From Styela clava (Eukaryota), in contig NC_135253.1 in the NCBI RefSeq assembly GCF_964204865.1, positions 11,284,001 to 11,348,000 on the forward strand: DNA of 64,000 nt, given 5' to 3'. This document shows positions 24,901 to 38,922 of this stretch, piece by piece. How positions within the stretch are numbered: position 1 is the first letter of the stretch; each line of letters opens with the position of its first letter. The notes beneath the pieces are model-generated. The model searched no databases. It had not been told where the DNA came from and saw nothing but the letters and a program-made list of their open reading frames with translations. A program made the position numbers and the translations under genes.

Positions 24901-27900
24901 AACAGTCAGAATTTATACCCGTGCCAAAAGTCTATGTGCCTTTAATAAGGACCCCAATTCCACTGTATGATTTAAAACTGGGCGCCTAGTTGCTTTTTGT
25001 TATGTGCTGTGTTGATATATTTCTTCATTATTACTATGTAATATTAAAAATGTCAATATAAAAATTTGACAACGAAAATAGCCAAATTAGTTGAGCTAGT
25101 TTGGCTGATAAATAGTTAAAAACACGTGAATCCGATTCTCTCGCGGGGGTGGGACATGTATGGCTCATAGCTCACGATCTCTCCTGACAAAAAATAAATT
25201 GAAAAGTAGTATTCCAACTAATCTTTTAAAACATTCTGAGCCATATCAAAAAAGGTAAATATATCGGGAATATCGGCCCTAATCTAACCGATACCGATAC
25301 ATGGCCGTTACTGAAAAAATGGCCGATATTGCCGATACCGATACCCGATACCGATACATCGGTACATCTCTAATCATAACCATTAATTGTCAGATTTAAA
25401 AAAATATTGTTTTATCAAATTTTTCATATTATCATATATTTGAACTATGTTCTCATACTATCAAGTCTATGCATATGAAACAATTGACTGCTTGGCTGTT
25501 CTCATACCCTACATCAGGGGTCGACAACCTACGGCCCGCGGGCCGGATCCGGCTGGCGGAGCAATATAATCCGGCCCGCGACGCTCCACTGAATTATAGT
25601 AACCAATTATAGCTGTTTTGTCGATTATATTCTTTACGCAAGAGAATTTACATGTAGACTAAATTATATTATAACGTAACAAGTATATAATTCACGATTA
25701 CTCGTTTAATGAGCCTATAATTTAATTATAATTTAGACAAATGACAACTAAACGCAGAAAAGTTTATGCTAAGTGCAAATGGTTTAATGGCGCAAAAAAT
25801 ATTCAAATGGTCAGTCTTCGTGCGCTGCTTAAAATTTAACTTCTGATCTGTGTGATAGAATGTGATTCATCGGTAATCCATTCGATTTTTAACATTCTAA
25901 AAATATGTGCGGCCCGCCAATGACTTGCAACCTTTTTGGCCCGCAAGCGACAAAAGGTTGCCGACTCCTGCCCTACATGAACTGGTAACCTGACACAAGG
26001 ACATGCTTTATCATGATTAAGTTGTCTTTTTAACCTTCCTCTCCCCCACGATAAACATGAAAATCCTATCTCAATTTCCCAATAGTATATTTGATAACCA
26101 ATTTTTTGCTTGTCTATATAAAAATTTTATCTATTTTTATAGGTTTTCAATGAATCTAGGAATGTTTGGCAAATGTTTCTTGATGATAAGAAGTTTGATA
26201 TGGCTCGAGATTATTGTAAAGATAACCCTGCTAATCTTGATAAGGTAAGATTGTATTTGGACGATTTCAAAAGTTTCAAAATACTTGTTTTGCTCTGGAA
26301 TCATCATATTTGTCATTTATCACCTTATTATATTATTGTATATTTGGGTACAAATTGTACTTACATATGTTTCGTTATGCTAATTTTTGTTGTTGTTGCG
26401 ATTTCAAGTTTTCAGTACCTAAAGATAAAAGAAGACTGTCTATTACATTATTTTTTTTTCTAAATTTATTTTGAGTTAGATGGTACTGTTTTAATTTACT
26501 TGAACGAGAACAATCTTATTCTGTATTATTCAATCAACTTCATATTACTTATCTGCCAATCTATTCAGAAAACTTGATTCTCTAGGCTAATGTTCTTCAA
26601 ACTTTTTTAGTCACGACCCACTTGGCACGGCCTAATTTTTATGCAACCCTCAGAAACTGAAATAAAAATAAAGTAAATTTTGATAATACAAAAAAATAAA
26701 AAAAAAACTGTACTCGCATATTTTCACACAAAAGATCGAACCTTGGCCCTATTTTGGTGATGGTGGTTCTCAGTACTGGTTACAATTTTTCCGATAACGA
26801 AAAAGATTTCACCGCGACCCTCACTGAGTGATTGGGGGTTGGGACCCCCAGTTTGAAAAGCCTTTCTCCAGGCCTTATCGTGCCAGTGCCGATGACTATT
26901 GTATCAATATATTTGAGCTCTCTTATATTTCATGTTATGATTGTTTTTCCCAACTGCGTATATTTAAAAATTTCAGGTTTTCACCAGACAAGCAGAACAT
27001 TATTTCGAAGAAGGAAAATACAATGAAAGTGCATTATATTATGCCATGACCAGAAACTCATTTGAAGAAATCTCATTGAAATTTGTTCGAGCTGATCAAC
27101 AGGAAGCACTGAGAGCATTTCTGCTCAAAAAATTGAGCAGCTTGAAGGTATATTTATCCATATATTTAGTAAATTCATATCAAATTCATTGCCCCCAGGG
27201 GTGGCACATGATGAGAAGAAAATTGAATGCATTTGAAATATTTTTGATTTTATGAATCGTTTAAAATACCTTTCTATAAACACTTGTCATTTTGAGTAAC
27301 AAACCTCCATTGGTTAAGCTGACAAAGTCACAGATGTCATTCAATTTCATGAAAAAATACTTTTTTATTCTGTAATCTTTTCTTCATAAATACCTATATA
27401 TATCGCAATGGTTTCTCCCTATTTGATATGTCCCCTTTACTGTTAATTTCAAACTTCTTGTTCTTTATAATACTGTAATTTAAGTTACTTTAAATATTTT
27501 TATGACACCAGATTGTTAGAGTGTCATATTTGATTTATATCAAAATTTCATTTTGTAAGTACCAAATTTTTATTATTTTACATACATTTATAGAAGAAAA
27601 CTGTTTCGTCATCTAGCATTGAATCCGTTTACCAAGTCTTAATTTTTATAATATTAATCTCAGCCTGCTGAGAAGACTCAAACTGCTATGCTTGTGACAT
27701 GGCTTGTTGAATTATACTTGAATCAACTTGGAAAATTGAAGGAAGAAAACAGTGAAGATTACACACATTGTGAAGATGTATTTAAAAAATTTCTTGCTCA
27801 GGTGTGTATTACTTCGTGATTGTGGGTGCAAAAGTGTTGTCAATTGCGTTCAAGTTGGACCCATCATTTTGTAGGCCTATTTGTTCTTTAGTATATTTTT

Positions 27901-30900
27901 TAATTTGAGTATCTTATACCACAGTGTTCTTTAAACTTTTTCATCACAACCCACTTAGCACGGCCCCAGTTTGGAAAGTCATGTTATAACATATATTAGT
28001 GAACAATATTAGATATGCATATAATTTTACAACATATTTATGCCAGTTGCCATGATTGTATCGTTACCAGTTATCGCCCAGACAAAAATTGCCAAAAATA
28101 TCATTTTTCTTATATTTATGTGTTCTCAGTACATTGGCTTTACTGAATAATCTTATCTTACTTTAGAGGTCCTATTTAAATATATCTGACACTTTAGTTT
28201 TAAAGTGGATAAAATGCTCAAAAAAAATTTTTTTTTTTTGAATATTATGATGATAATTTTATTGTTTCACTTCTTATATTTAGGAAAATCTCAAAGATAT
28301 TTTCCTGGAAAATAAGAAGACTGTTTATGATCTTTTAATTGGTCATGGGAATATTGAAGATTATGTCTTTTTCGCTGTTCTCATGCAGGTGATGTCTAAT
28401 GACTATAATTATGTTGATATAATATATTACTACCGAAATCTTATCATAGAATCTGAACCAAAGCGTTTATGCTTATTGATAATATGTACAACATTCTTTA
28501 AAATCAACGAAGAGGAAGTTAACAATTCAACATAAAGTGGACCTATGGATCATTCTTGTTGTTGTTGTTAGTCATCATGTTAGTATTCCTTTGTTCTTAT
28601 TGTGAAAAAATCGCTTTTCTCATTAACTCCTGCACCAATTGACATTCCGCTTTCGCGTAAGTTCAAATCTGCTTCTCAGCTGCGATACGGTACTGGTAGA
28701 GTGGTAGGCTATCGTGACAGATTGAATACCTGTATCACTTTGTGTCCATATCTTTGAGCATCGCTCTCTGGTTGTCTGAATCAAGCTTGATCAACCTCGA
28801 TTTCTAGTTTGAACTAGTCATGGTTAGAAATGTATTGCAGAGATGCGGATAATTTGAATAGAACAATACAGCATTGTAGGCTGCATTTAGCTGCTCGTCC
28901 ATAGCCTTGTAGGGAGGGGATGTGTGAAACACCTCAGTGTAATTAAATAAAAGGAATCTGATTTCCTTGGAACAATTTGTCGAAATTTCAAAATTCAAAC
29001 TAGGACCTGGTAGGCCTATATTTCAAAATTAATTAGATTAAATGTAGAATTGAACCAGGGTGTGCAACAATTTTGTCGGTGGGCCATATAACCAACTTCA
29101 GCTGGACCACACAAGAATTTTCGTTTCCCCCTTGTACACAACAACATACATACATGTTATACATACATATACATACATATACATACATGTTGGATGTAGA
29201 AAAATCTGAGTGTTGCCAAGGGCAACACTAAATGGCTAGGAGGGCTGGGTTGTGAACAGATGGGTCACCTGTTTCACACCCCTGTTCTAAACTGTGCTAA
29301 GGAGTTGGTGTGGTTATAAATTAATGATCCTGATATTGTATTTCCCAGGATTATGAAAGAGTAATCACGCATCATATACAAAATGAAGATTATTCAGCTG
29401 CCATTGAAGCTTTGAGAAAACAAAATAACATCAATCTTTACTACAAATTCTCTCCCATATTAATGCAGGTAAGTTGTTGTTATTATGTTGTTCTTGATAT
29501 TTTTCTTTTTCTTGATTTGAGAAAATCACTTTTCTCATTAACTACTGGACCAATTGCTTTCAATTTTCAGTTGTGAAAGATTGTTGTTGTCACTAGAAGG
29601 CTATTATATTTATTTATTCTTAAATTTCCTATGAAGCCTATGACATCTGATATTTCACCCAAAATTTCGCTGTTTTATTTTTATGCTCTGATAATGGAAT
29701 GATTACTGCTCTAATAATGTAAAGGAGTTTTTATGCATATTGGCAGAGAAATATAGAGTTTCAAAATAGGCAATCTGATCAATTTTTGAAAAAGCTTGGG
29801 AAGCAATGAAATAGACTTTTAATTTTTTTATATATTCCAGTATATTCCTGAAGTAACCGTGAATGCATGGATTTCAATGGGAAAAAATCTTTCTCCTAAG
29901 AAGCTTATACCTTCACTTATCAACTGTACACAGGTACATTGGGATTTTACCTTTGAAATAAATATATTGTATATATACAATTTTTTAGTGATAAATCAAA
30001 TGTTTGATAAATTTTATCAATGTGGTCTGATGTCCAGGCTATCACTCGGGACTATGAAAATTATGAATGAATAAAAACCTCATTTCCATAATTTATTTAA
30101 ACATTTAGAGTTAGTTATGCAAACTGAGTGTTGATTTAAATTTTTCATCTGAATGGAATGTCTTTATGTTGTTATTTTAAAAACACAATAACCTCCAAAA
30201 CATTGAAGATAAGTGAGGCAATTTACCATCATTGTTTTATGTATCAAATAGGGCTGTTTTTTCCCTGACCTTATATAGTGTTGTCACATCAGGTTAAAAA
30301 AAAAATTCCAATCAGCGACTCATAAATAGGATCTAAACAAAATATGGGTAATGTCTAATATATGTATGCCAAATTCTCCAGGCATCTCTCCACATCCAGC
30401 ATTGTGAACTTGTACAAATACTAGATATGTAATCAAAGTGATTATCATTATAGGGTGCTCTGATTGACCGACCTCAAGAAGCAATCCGGTACCTTGAACA
30501 TTGTACTGGAACATTACATTGTAAGGAGCCGGCAATTCACAACTATTTATTATCATTATATGTGAAGCATAAACCAGAAGCTGTGGCTGAGTAAGTTTGC
30601 TAGAATTATTACGATGATTTTTATTTTAAATGTGACTTTTCAATGACAAAGTTGCAATGATTTCCTGCTAGCAGTTTTAGGCGTTTAAATGGATGTCATT
30701 ATGTACAATAGTCGATTAAAGACAGGTCAATACACATCATTTGCAAGTTGATGAACTTGAACAACATGATCAATATGAATCAAATTCAGAAAATATTTGA
30801 GAAGTAAATTGTTCACTCGTCACAATGTATTGCAATTTAGGAATATGCAGTCGAAAAATTAGGTTAATATTTTGAGCTCGGAATATTACCATTTCAGTTA

Positions 30901-33900
30901 TATCAAAGATCAAGGAGATGATTTAGAAGATGTATGTTATGATGTGAAGTATGCATTACGTCTATGTCTTGAAGGAGGTGTTAAACTACAGAAAGCTTGT
31001 GTTGAAATATATAATGTTATGACATTGTATGAAGAAGCAGTTTCATTGGCCCTGAAGGTAAACTTATTTTGATTATCTTCATAATCATTTGCACCCACAA
31101 AAATTTGACTGAATGTCGTTATTTTGTGATTTCGAGCGCAGCGCTATCTAATATCAATTTATGATTAATAAATCTGCAACCATAACGAAAGTTTTTTCTG
31201 AGAACTGAGCACCCAACTCGAAACATCTTCATCTTGGCCATAATCATTTAGCTGTAACTGATCACATCACTGATCATGCCCAGCCATTTGGGAAAACACT
31301 AGTTGTCAGAAATACAGTTAACACCCAGTACTATTTAATTTTAGACTAAAGATCTGTATGACATCATTGTTTGATTATTTTTTACAATTTTCTGTTTTAT
31401 TCTCTTTAGGTTGATGTTGATCTTGCAAAATCGATCGCAAATCGACCAGAGTTAGAGGAAGAAGATGAAGAATTGCGAAAAAAGTTATGGATGTTGATCG
31501 CGAGACATGTCGTACAAGAGAAAAAAGATATCAAACGTGCAATGCAGTTTTTACAGGTTTTCATCATATGCTTTTTTTCTTTTTAAATGAATGTCGATTT
31601 TGAAAACAGTGCTTTTTTATTAATATATGGTATATATTTCATTTGCTTCCTTAGGAAATTTTTTTGAAATTGTTCTCGATACCTTATGTTCTTTTAATGC
31701 TCTTTTCAATTTCAGGAGTCCGGTGATTTATTAAAAATTGAGGATATTTTGCCATTCTTCCCTGATTTTGTAACAATCGACCATTTCAAAGATGCATTGT
31801 GTGAATCACTGGATGAATATAACAAACATATTAAACAATTGAAGGTAAAAAAAAAAATTTTCAAATTAAATTGACATTTTATAATCAATATTATTAGAAG
31901 TTAAGAAGTTAAAAAACTAAAAGGGGTGGAATTTTTTTATTTTATGAAGTATTAAAAAGTCATGAATTTGAAAATTAATTAGATAGTTTAGAGCGAAGGC
32001 TGCTAAAATTTCTGGTAGCCCCATCTTTTACGCTGAGTATTGCTCCAGCAAAATGTCATGGCTCCGGCTCCCTATCCCGGTTAAGACGTGGTCGACTTGG
32101 ATTGTTTTAAAGAAGTTCCCAGTTTCAATAATATGATGTTTGTTCATCATTCCATTATTTTGTATTGATTGTTTCAGGATGAAATGAATGAGTCAACAGA
32201 CAGTGCTCATGCAATCAGAGCTGACATTCAAGAAACAAGGTGAGAACTAAGAAACTAAACATAATGCAAGTCACTAGTCTTCTGGTAGTCGTTGCCATGA
32301 AATATCTCCATATAATATATTCATAGGCAACGCCGCCTAGATGTTGAAAATTTAAACCTAACTATAACTGTGTTGCAGGATTCAAATCCCTTGTCAACGG
32401 TGTACTAAATTGGGTAAACAATGCCGAACCGGAAAGATTCCATTCTGTCTAAAAATTTCAGACATCAGTGACTATGACCCTTTCGGAGCATAAGACCACA
32501 TGTGCATCATATAAAAACGTCATCGAATCTACGGTATATCAAATGTGGGCTGTTTACTTTTTATTTGGTGCATCCCTGGGTATGTTATTTACTCAACCAT
32601 AGATAACATAGCACTCAATTGAAACTTCTCATGTTTACAGAAATCATCATTTAGTTGTTGGAGGTTCAGATAAATGTGCTTTGTGCAATGGAATATTGTT
32701 ATCGAGAGGTTTTTATGGATTTCCATGTTCACATTCATTCCACAGTGACTGCTTATGGAAAACGGTTACTCCTTATTTAACTCCTGATAAACAAGTTCGT
32801 GCTGATGAAATGCAAAGGGTATGTATGAAGTCTGAAAAATTTATTTCTAATTTTATATTAGAAAAATAACACAAATTTCTGTTCTTGTTCTTTTATTCTC
32901 AACATTGAACATCTAACTTTGACCTTATGAGACTCATTGACGCTACTTGAATTGTGTATCACTGTATTTACAGGTTTACTAATAAAGATTAGATGAATTT
33001 TTTTTTCATTTCACATATTGTTTGGTCGTTTATATCTGATTCATTCATGTGTTTAACCAAGCACAGGATTCAGGAATATGAAAAGCATTATAAATTGGCC
33101 AATATGTTTAAAAATAATGGGGTTTCAAGTCTCAAACAATGACATTATTTTCCTAAATAGTGGATTATTTGTGAATCGTCAACATTTTCGTGTTTCAAAG
33201 AAGTGTAGACATCTTCAAATTAGGGATGTGAAAATTTTCAAACGGTGGCAATTATTTTTCCCAAATGTACCTAGATTCAAATATCCATATCAATATCATG
33301 TTGTATTAGAAGTACAGTTTGAGAATTTTCATCGGCACGTATGCGAATAGTCATGATGATGACGCTTCCGCGGATTGTTCCCCTTCTTTCCTATTGCAAA
33401 ATTATTGATTCCTATCGTAAGACTGTTTTTTGCGGGTTGACGCTCACAAACTGGATTACATGTGTATATGCCAGTGGTTGGCAACCTATGGCCCGTTTCC
33501 TGAATTATAGTAACAAAACAGCTGTTTTGACTATTATATTCTTTACGAAACAGAATTTATTGTGAGGCATGTGTAGACTAAATCATATTATAACCTAACA
33601 AGTATATATTTCACAATTACTCGTTTAAAGTTAATGCTAAGTGCAAAGGGTTCAGTGGCGCCAAAAATATTCAAATGGAATTTTTTAAGATGCAATGAGG
33701 AAATAAACCTATATTCTATTCAGAGATGTATCACTGCTTAATTTTTATTTTAAAAAGATTTGTCCGTTTGGTTTTCAACTTTCTAAAAAATATGTGCTGC
33801 CCGCCAATGACTTGCAACCCTTAATTGTGGCCCGCTAGCGACAAAAGGTTGCCAATCCCTGGTGTAAGCAATCTAAAGTTCAAAACCATGTATGCTAAAA

Positions 33901-34275
33901 TTTTGATTGTTACATTACCTTTGTGATAGGCAGTCAGTGCTTTGGATAACATCATTAATTACAGTCAAGTATGAGATATGGACAAATTTTGCATTCAAGT
34001 GGAAAGAATCTTTAAATTTTATTGAGTTGCTCAAGCTGAAATACATAACCAATAAGACCTCTTTTTAGGAATTGAATGCTTTAAACCAATCCAGTTCCAT
34101 TCAAGATCAAAGTGGAGCTAAAGACAGTAAAAGACGAAGACAAGAAATTGTTTTTGAGCTGGATGAATTGATCGCAACAGAGTGTGCTTACTGTGGTGAA
34201 ATCGCAATCAATTCTATTGATGAGCTATTTATTGATCCTCAAAAGTATGATGATGTTGTTTCAAGTTGGTCGTGA
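18934..34275 (+). CDS. VPS18: Vacuolar protein sorting-associated protein 18 (HOPS/CORVET core), 22 coding exons
   Basis: Exons: 18934-19092, 19225-19347, 19787-19931, 20391-20597, 21265-21416, 21601-21706, 22057-22197, 23120-23282, 23755-23839, 26143-26244, 26977-27147, 27664-27801, 28284-28388, 29349-29468, 29841-29933, 30454-30590, 30898-31057, 31410-31556, 31716-31844, 32178-32239, 32641-32818, 34069-34275. Motifs SGYVNA, LFLDQTGSHLLI, IALTEFHLLVLY, LLKIEDILPFFPDFVTIDHFKD, and RING C..C/FPCSHSFHSDC/ECAYCGE. Confidence 0.95.
21735..21975 (-). mobile_element. SINE-like interspersed repeat (tRNA-like B-box head)
   Basis: Similar to 54500-54790 and 22290-22515; B-box-like GGTTTGAATCC/GGTTCAAATCC near the 5' end. 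Confidence 0.5.
24109..25372. mobile_element. Non-autonomous hAT element (Ac/Ds-type ends) in VPS18 intron 9
   Basis: Perfect 15-bp TIR TAGAGATGTACCGAT / ATCGGTACATCTCTA, perfect 8-bp TSD ATCATAAC (24101-24108, 25373-25380), and many subterminal CCGATA repeats at both ends. Confidence 0.93.
25515..25970. mobile_element. hAT-Charlie-type MITE
   Basis: TIR CAGGGGTCGACAACCT / AGGTTGCCGACTCCTG, GGCCCGC subterminal motifs and a perfect 8-bp TSD CCCTACAT. Confidence 0.9.
29145..29190. repeat. (ACAT)n/(ACATAT) microsatellite
   Basis: Directly visible simple repeat. Confidence 0.7.
33472..33861. mobile_element. Second, more diverged copy of the 25515-25970 Charlie-type MITE
   Basis: Shared internal sequence and right end GGCCCGC.AGCGACAAAAGGTTGCC.A.CCCTG; degenerate TSD GTATATGC/GTGTAAGC. 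Confidence 0.8.
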
Positions 34276-35463
34276 TTAGTTGGTTATTCATTTTCGTGAC
34301 TATGTAGCAATCTTGTGACGGCGTTATGATTTTTTCTTTTGAATGTGCAATTTGTATGATTTTCATTGATATATTTCAGCGAATCGATATAATAAAAGTA
34401 TAACTAAATAGTTTTGTGTGATACAAAAATATACTGCAAGTCTCTTGGAGTATGTATAAAACAATGATGGCTAACTATTGTAACTAATAAATCCTTCAAC
34501 CAGAATATACGGTAGGTACACTTTGCAAGATGTAGGGAGCAGCCGAAGTAGATTAAATTAAAAATAGCTACAAGCTATATGGTGACTAGGAGATTTGTAA
34601 TCTTTTGAAGCCGGAGATACCACCCCATTAGCCAATAAGGTTGCACAATAAAAAATAGTTGCCCAATTTGACAATAAGCACACTGTATTCTCTCTGCTAC
34701 TCTGGAGGAAACAGTTGCTGTACGCAAATTGTAATGGAAGATTGTTCCATGTCATGAATGAAATTAACCTCTTGATGACTGCAGTTTTTTTATTTGACAC
34801 CGTTGCTTCACACAGATTCTGCAGCATCCAAAATCACAAATACTTAATTGTATGTTACATAGTGTGATACCTATCATGGTTTACTTATTGTACAGCCGAA
34901 AAAACAGGAAAGTTTCATCATTACAATAGTCCTAAATCAGGCAGTGGAGTTAGCTTTGAGATTTTATGCGGTTATAGAAGTCTAATTTTCAAACTCTTCA
35001 CATAAAAATACGAACCAAAGTATATTTACTCTTAGACTAAAGCCAAACTTTTTTGAAACCGGGAGTTTGGGTCACCCCAAACGATAGGTATCCAACTTGA
35101 ATTGTCCAGGTTTTTCACTAGAGAGCCAATCAGCAAATTTGATTAAATTATCAGAATTTTTGCCAACAGGTCTGCACAAAAACACCCTTCCAATAGTGAG
35201 GTATACCAACCGACCATTTCATTAAAGCAACAAGTGCGTGCACGCTCCGATAAATTCATTCGTATCAAACAGTTATCACCGCCTGTCATAAAGGCTATGT
35301 TATCTGGACAGCAACCAGAATACTATTCATAAAACCTTGCACTAAAAATCAGCCTTAATATTAAAGCCAGATAGAAATAACCAATAATGATCTTTGAAGG
35401 ATATTCAAAATTTATTCATTTATAAAACAAATTATGTTAAAGAGATGGCCAAATAATACAAAG

Positions 35464-38224
35464 CTACCAAGTTCCTACACTTTTGTTAGTTCCTGTAAAA
35501 GGATCGTGGTATTCAGAAATCATATCAGATGATATTTCTGTAGAGTCTCTTTTCATTGCAATATAATCGATTTCCAACTGAAAAGGACCTTGAATATCAT
35601 CCAGGAGTAAAAATCTGAAACTTGATACCTGAAAAAGATGAGAGATTTTTTGAATAATAGCATAAAATAATAAAGCATGATCAAATATTCAGGCATCGAA
35701 GACAAAAAATTTTCCCACAAATTTCCCAAAACCATGTCCTGAAAAAAGCTGGAACGCCTACTGGACCTGTGTGTAGTTTAGTACCATAAGTACTTCTAGT
35801 CTAGTATATTGTCATGTCACAGTGATATAATTTTTGGATGACGTAGTCAGGAACGACATGCAAAAGTACACTACACTAGACTCCCGGTTGTCTACCGTAC
35901 CCTTCTCAAAAACCTTCTTATATTCACATTGAGTTCGTAGTAAAATTAAAAACTGCTATAACGATCTATAGGTCCACTTTGTGTCCAACAATTCAAATGT
36001 GTAAATATAACAGCATTGTACGAAGATATCCATTATAGAAACGAATAATCAACTTGTTTTTTCTGCTTCGCAGAATAGAATCCATAGTATGTCAATGACA
36101 TTTAAGTTTTTGTTGATCACAATATAATTAATCACTTCTGTTCATCTCAACTTTCCATTTTTTCACTGCATTTCTGAATTCACATTCATTGAACATACAT
36201 GTTTTCTGATAATCGTCAACCAATTAGAAAAATATTCAATATATCACATTTTCTGTTACAGAGTTGCTTGCTTGAGAAGTATTACTACATGATCTAAAAG
36301 TAATTAGCTATATATGGTCATATACTCACATTATTTTGTGACAAAGGACTCTGTTGCATAAGATACATACTGCTCTTTGATGCAATAAATTTTCCATAGG
36401 GTAACTGAAACAATAATATTATTCTTTTATTATATTGTATATCATGGCTGTAGATTCGGGAAATTTGAAATCAACCCCAGACTCCAAAACAATTTTTTAA
36501 TCCTTCTCCAAGTCCAAACTCTAAGAAAATCAAATTTTGATACAAAAAACTAACTTAAATAGATGACAGAACAATATATCATCTTTGAGTTTCTGTAGAA
36601 AATTTTGACTTTTTATTGTCGTCATTGAATGTCTGAAACTCCAAAGAGTTCTAAAATATGACTTGGACTCTAATAAAAGCATGCCAAACTTCGCAGCCAT
36701 TCTTTATATCCTATTTGACAACCTACTTAGTTTCACAGAAAATCGCATGATCACAACATGCATTAGAAAATCAGACACATCATGCTTGGATTTCCTTAAA
36801 TTTACCCACAGTACAAAGATAGGATTGGGAAATAGAAAAACACACCTTAATTGTCTGCCACTCAGGCCCTCCTCTTGTATGTATAGGTGTTAGATAAATA
36901 ACATCAAAACCCATATATGGACCTTCACAGTTTATTTCAAACAAATATCTTCTTCCATCGCCACGAAGTCGAATTTCAAAACAATTAAAAGTTGAAATAT
37001 TCAGAAAATCAGGCAATCCCGAAACGTTCTGAAGCAAGAAACAGAATAAAGCTACATTATTAGCTAGCCATATTTGTGATAAGTAGGTATATCATGTTGC
37101 TTATATATTTTGCTATGAGTGAGGCTCTGCATAGGTATCGACTGTTAAGAAAGGGCGAAAATCATTCTGGTTTGGCACTACCAACCCAATATATTACACC
37201 CTGGATGAGGTGGGTGGCTTGTGATTTAAAACTGAGGTTTTAACCTGCGGTGTCATCATGGTTGAGTCTATCGCACCCATCTACACATTCTGATCGAATG
37301 TTAGAAATAACGTCCAAGTGCCAACAAATCAGGTGAAATTGGAGAAAAGAAAGAATTTATATAAATTGGCTCATAAACTAATAAGGCTTTTATATATTTT
37401 TGCGCATAAACCACTAAGGCATTTGGTAAAGTAAACAGCCCGGAATGGCTGCTCGTGCAAAACCTTTTTCAGGGTGAGCGTGTGCAGATCCTTGTTTGGA
37501 GCCAGACGGTGCATAAATATGCTGTATAAAAAGACTTTATTACTGCATTGTCCTATAACAGTTTCATATGAGGCATTTTGGTATATTGCTCCAATAGCCC
37601 TGATATAAGCTTATCAAACGATTGAGTTTTAAGGTTAAGTTTATTTACTGCTAAGTGAAAGTAGACTTAACTCAATTCCATACATACCACAAAAGGTTTT
37701 GTCTCCAGTAGTGCAAATCCTCTGTAGTTTTGTTTCATTTCAAGTTTATCATGGGCAGAGGGCATCATAACTTTAGGTAATTTTTGACTGATATATCCCC
37801 GAAAAGCTGCGGTCATTCCGTTGTCACCTTGGACGAATTCTGCCCAACTTTTACCCCCGAGTTCTTTGTCAGTTACTGTATACCAGTGTTCTAAGTCATC
37901 TCTTTCTCGAAAATAATATAAAATTTCATCGTCTCTAAAATATTTTGACCTGCCTCTACTTTCTCTGTTAGATTTTACGCCTTCTTCCATTACTTGTCTT
38001 ATTTCAGCTAATTTGACAGCGACGTTATCCCATTGTAATCCAGGGTGTGTGTATGATCGATGTTTCTTTTCTTTTTCTATAACGATATCCTTTGATGATG
38101 AATCATTTGTCTTCATTCGAACATGAATTTGAGAAGATATTGAAGTTGTAATACATCCTTTTGAAAGTGAAGATTTTTGAAACATTTGATAGCATTGTTG
38201 AAATAATCCTCTACTTTTGGACAT
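35464..38224 (-). CDS. NDUFAF1: Complex I intermediate-associated protein 30 (CIA30 domain), 4 coding exons, ~319 aa
   Basis: Exons 38224-37688, 37028-36846, 36404-36330 and 35628-35464, all phase 0. Motifs WYTVTDKELGGKS, FRG.IS, IRLRGDGRRY, TRGGPEWQTIKLPYGKF and DDIQGPFQLEIDYI; N-terminus resembles a mitochondrial presequence. Confidence 0.9.
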
Positions 38225-38922
38225 TATTGTTTATCTAGTTTTATTATTAAATATAAATCTAAAAATGAAATTATATCAGTAATATTTCACCAATTGCACA
38301 TACCACAAAATTTATCGGCCTCCATGGTCATATAAACCACCCGTATTCAAGTATGTATACATTCGAAACGATTTCACTAATACCTGTCCACATGATAATA
38401 TGTGATTAGAATTTGAAACAGATGCATAGACAAATTATTGTTAAAATGGCTGACCATATAGACTGTCATTTCCAAATGGATGAATAGGTACAGGTAAATA
38501 TGAAACACACACTGGCTCATGTTTGCAAGAAATATTATTTCAACCAATAAAATGTCTGGCCTAAAAAAACAAATAAAATATTCTTAAATTCATTTTTTTC
38601 AAATCATTTTTATATTGAAGCAGCAGCTTAATCATATAGCAGACCACATCCTCTTACAGATACCAGTTCAAGCCGGGTATAGGTAGTGCTAACCATGAGA
38701 TGGCAGTTGAAGTGTTGGACTTGGCAACGCAGCCCTTCACGGGTTACACAGGTACAAATCTCATGTTCATCACTTCACTGGGCAAATCAGGTATGCTATG
38801 TCAAACCGAAAATGTGCTCCTCTTCTCTTTCCGTTGACTATCAGTGGCTGTCTATTCGGAATTGAGGCATGATAAGCGCGAAAAATTTTATACATTTCAT
38901 TAAAAATATTCTCATAAAAATA

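Noticed and set aside
34558-34827. 89-aa minus-strand ORF between VPS18 and NDUFAF1
   Set aside because: No recognisable homology or splice context; probably 3'UTR or intergenic.
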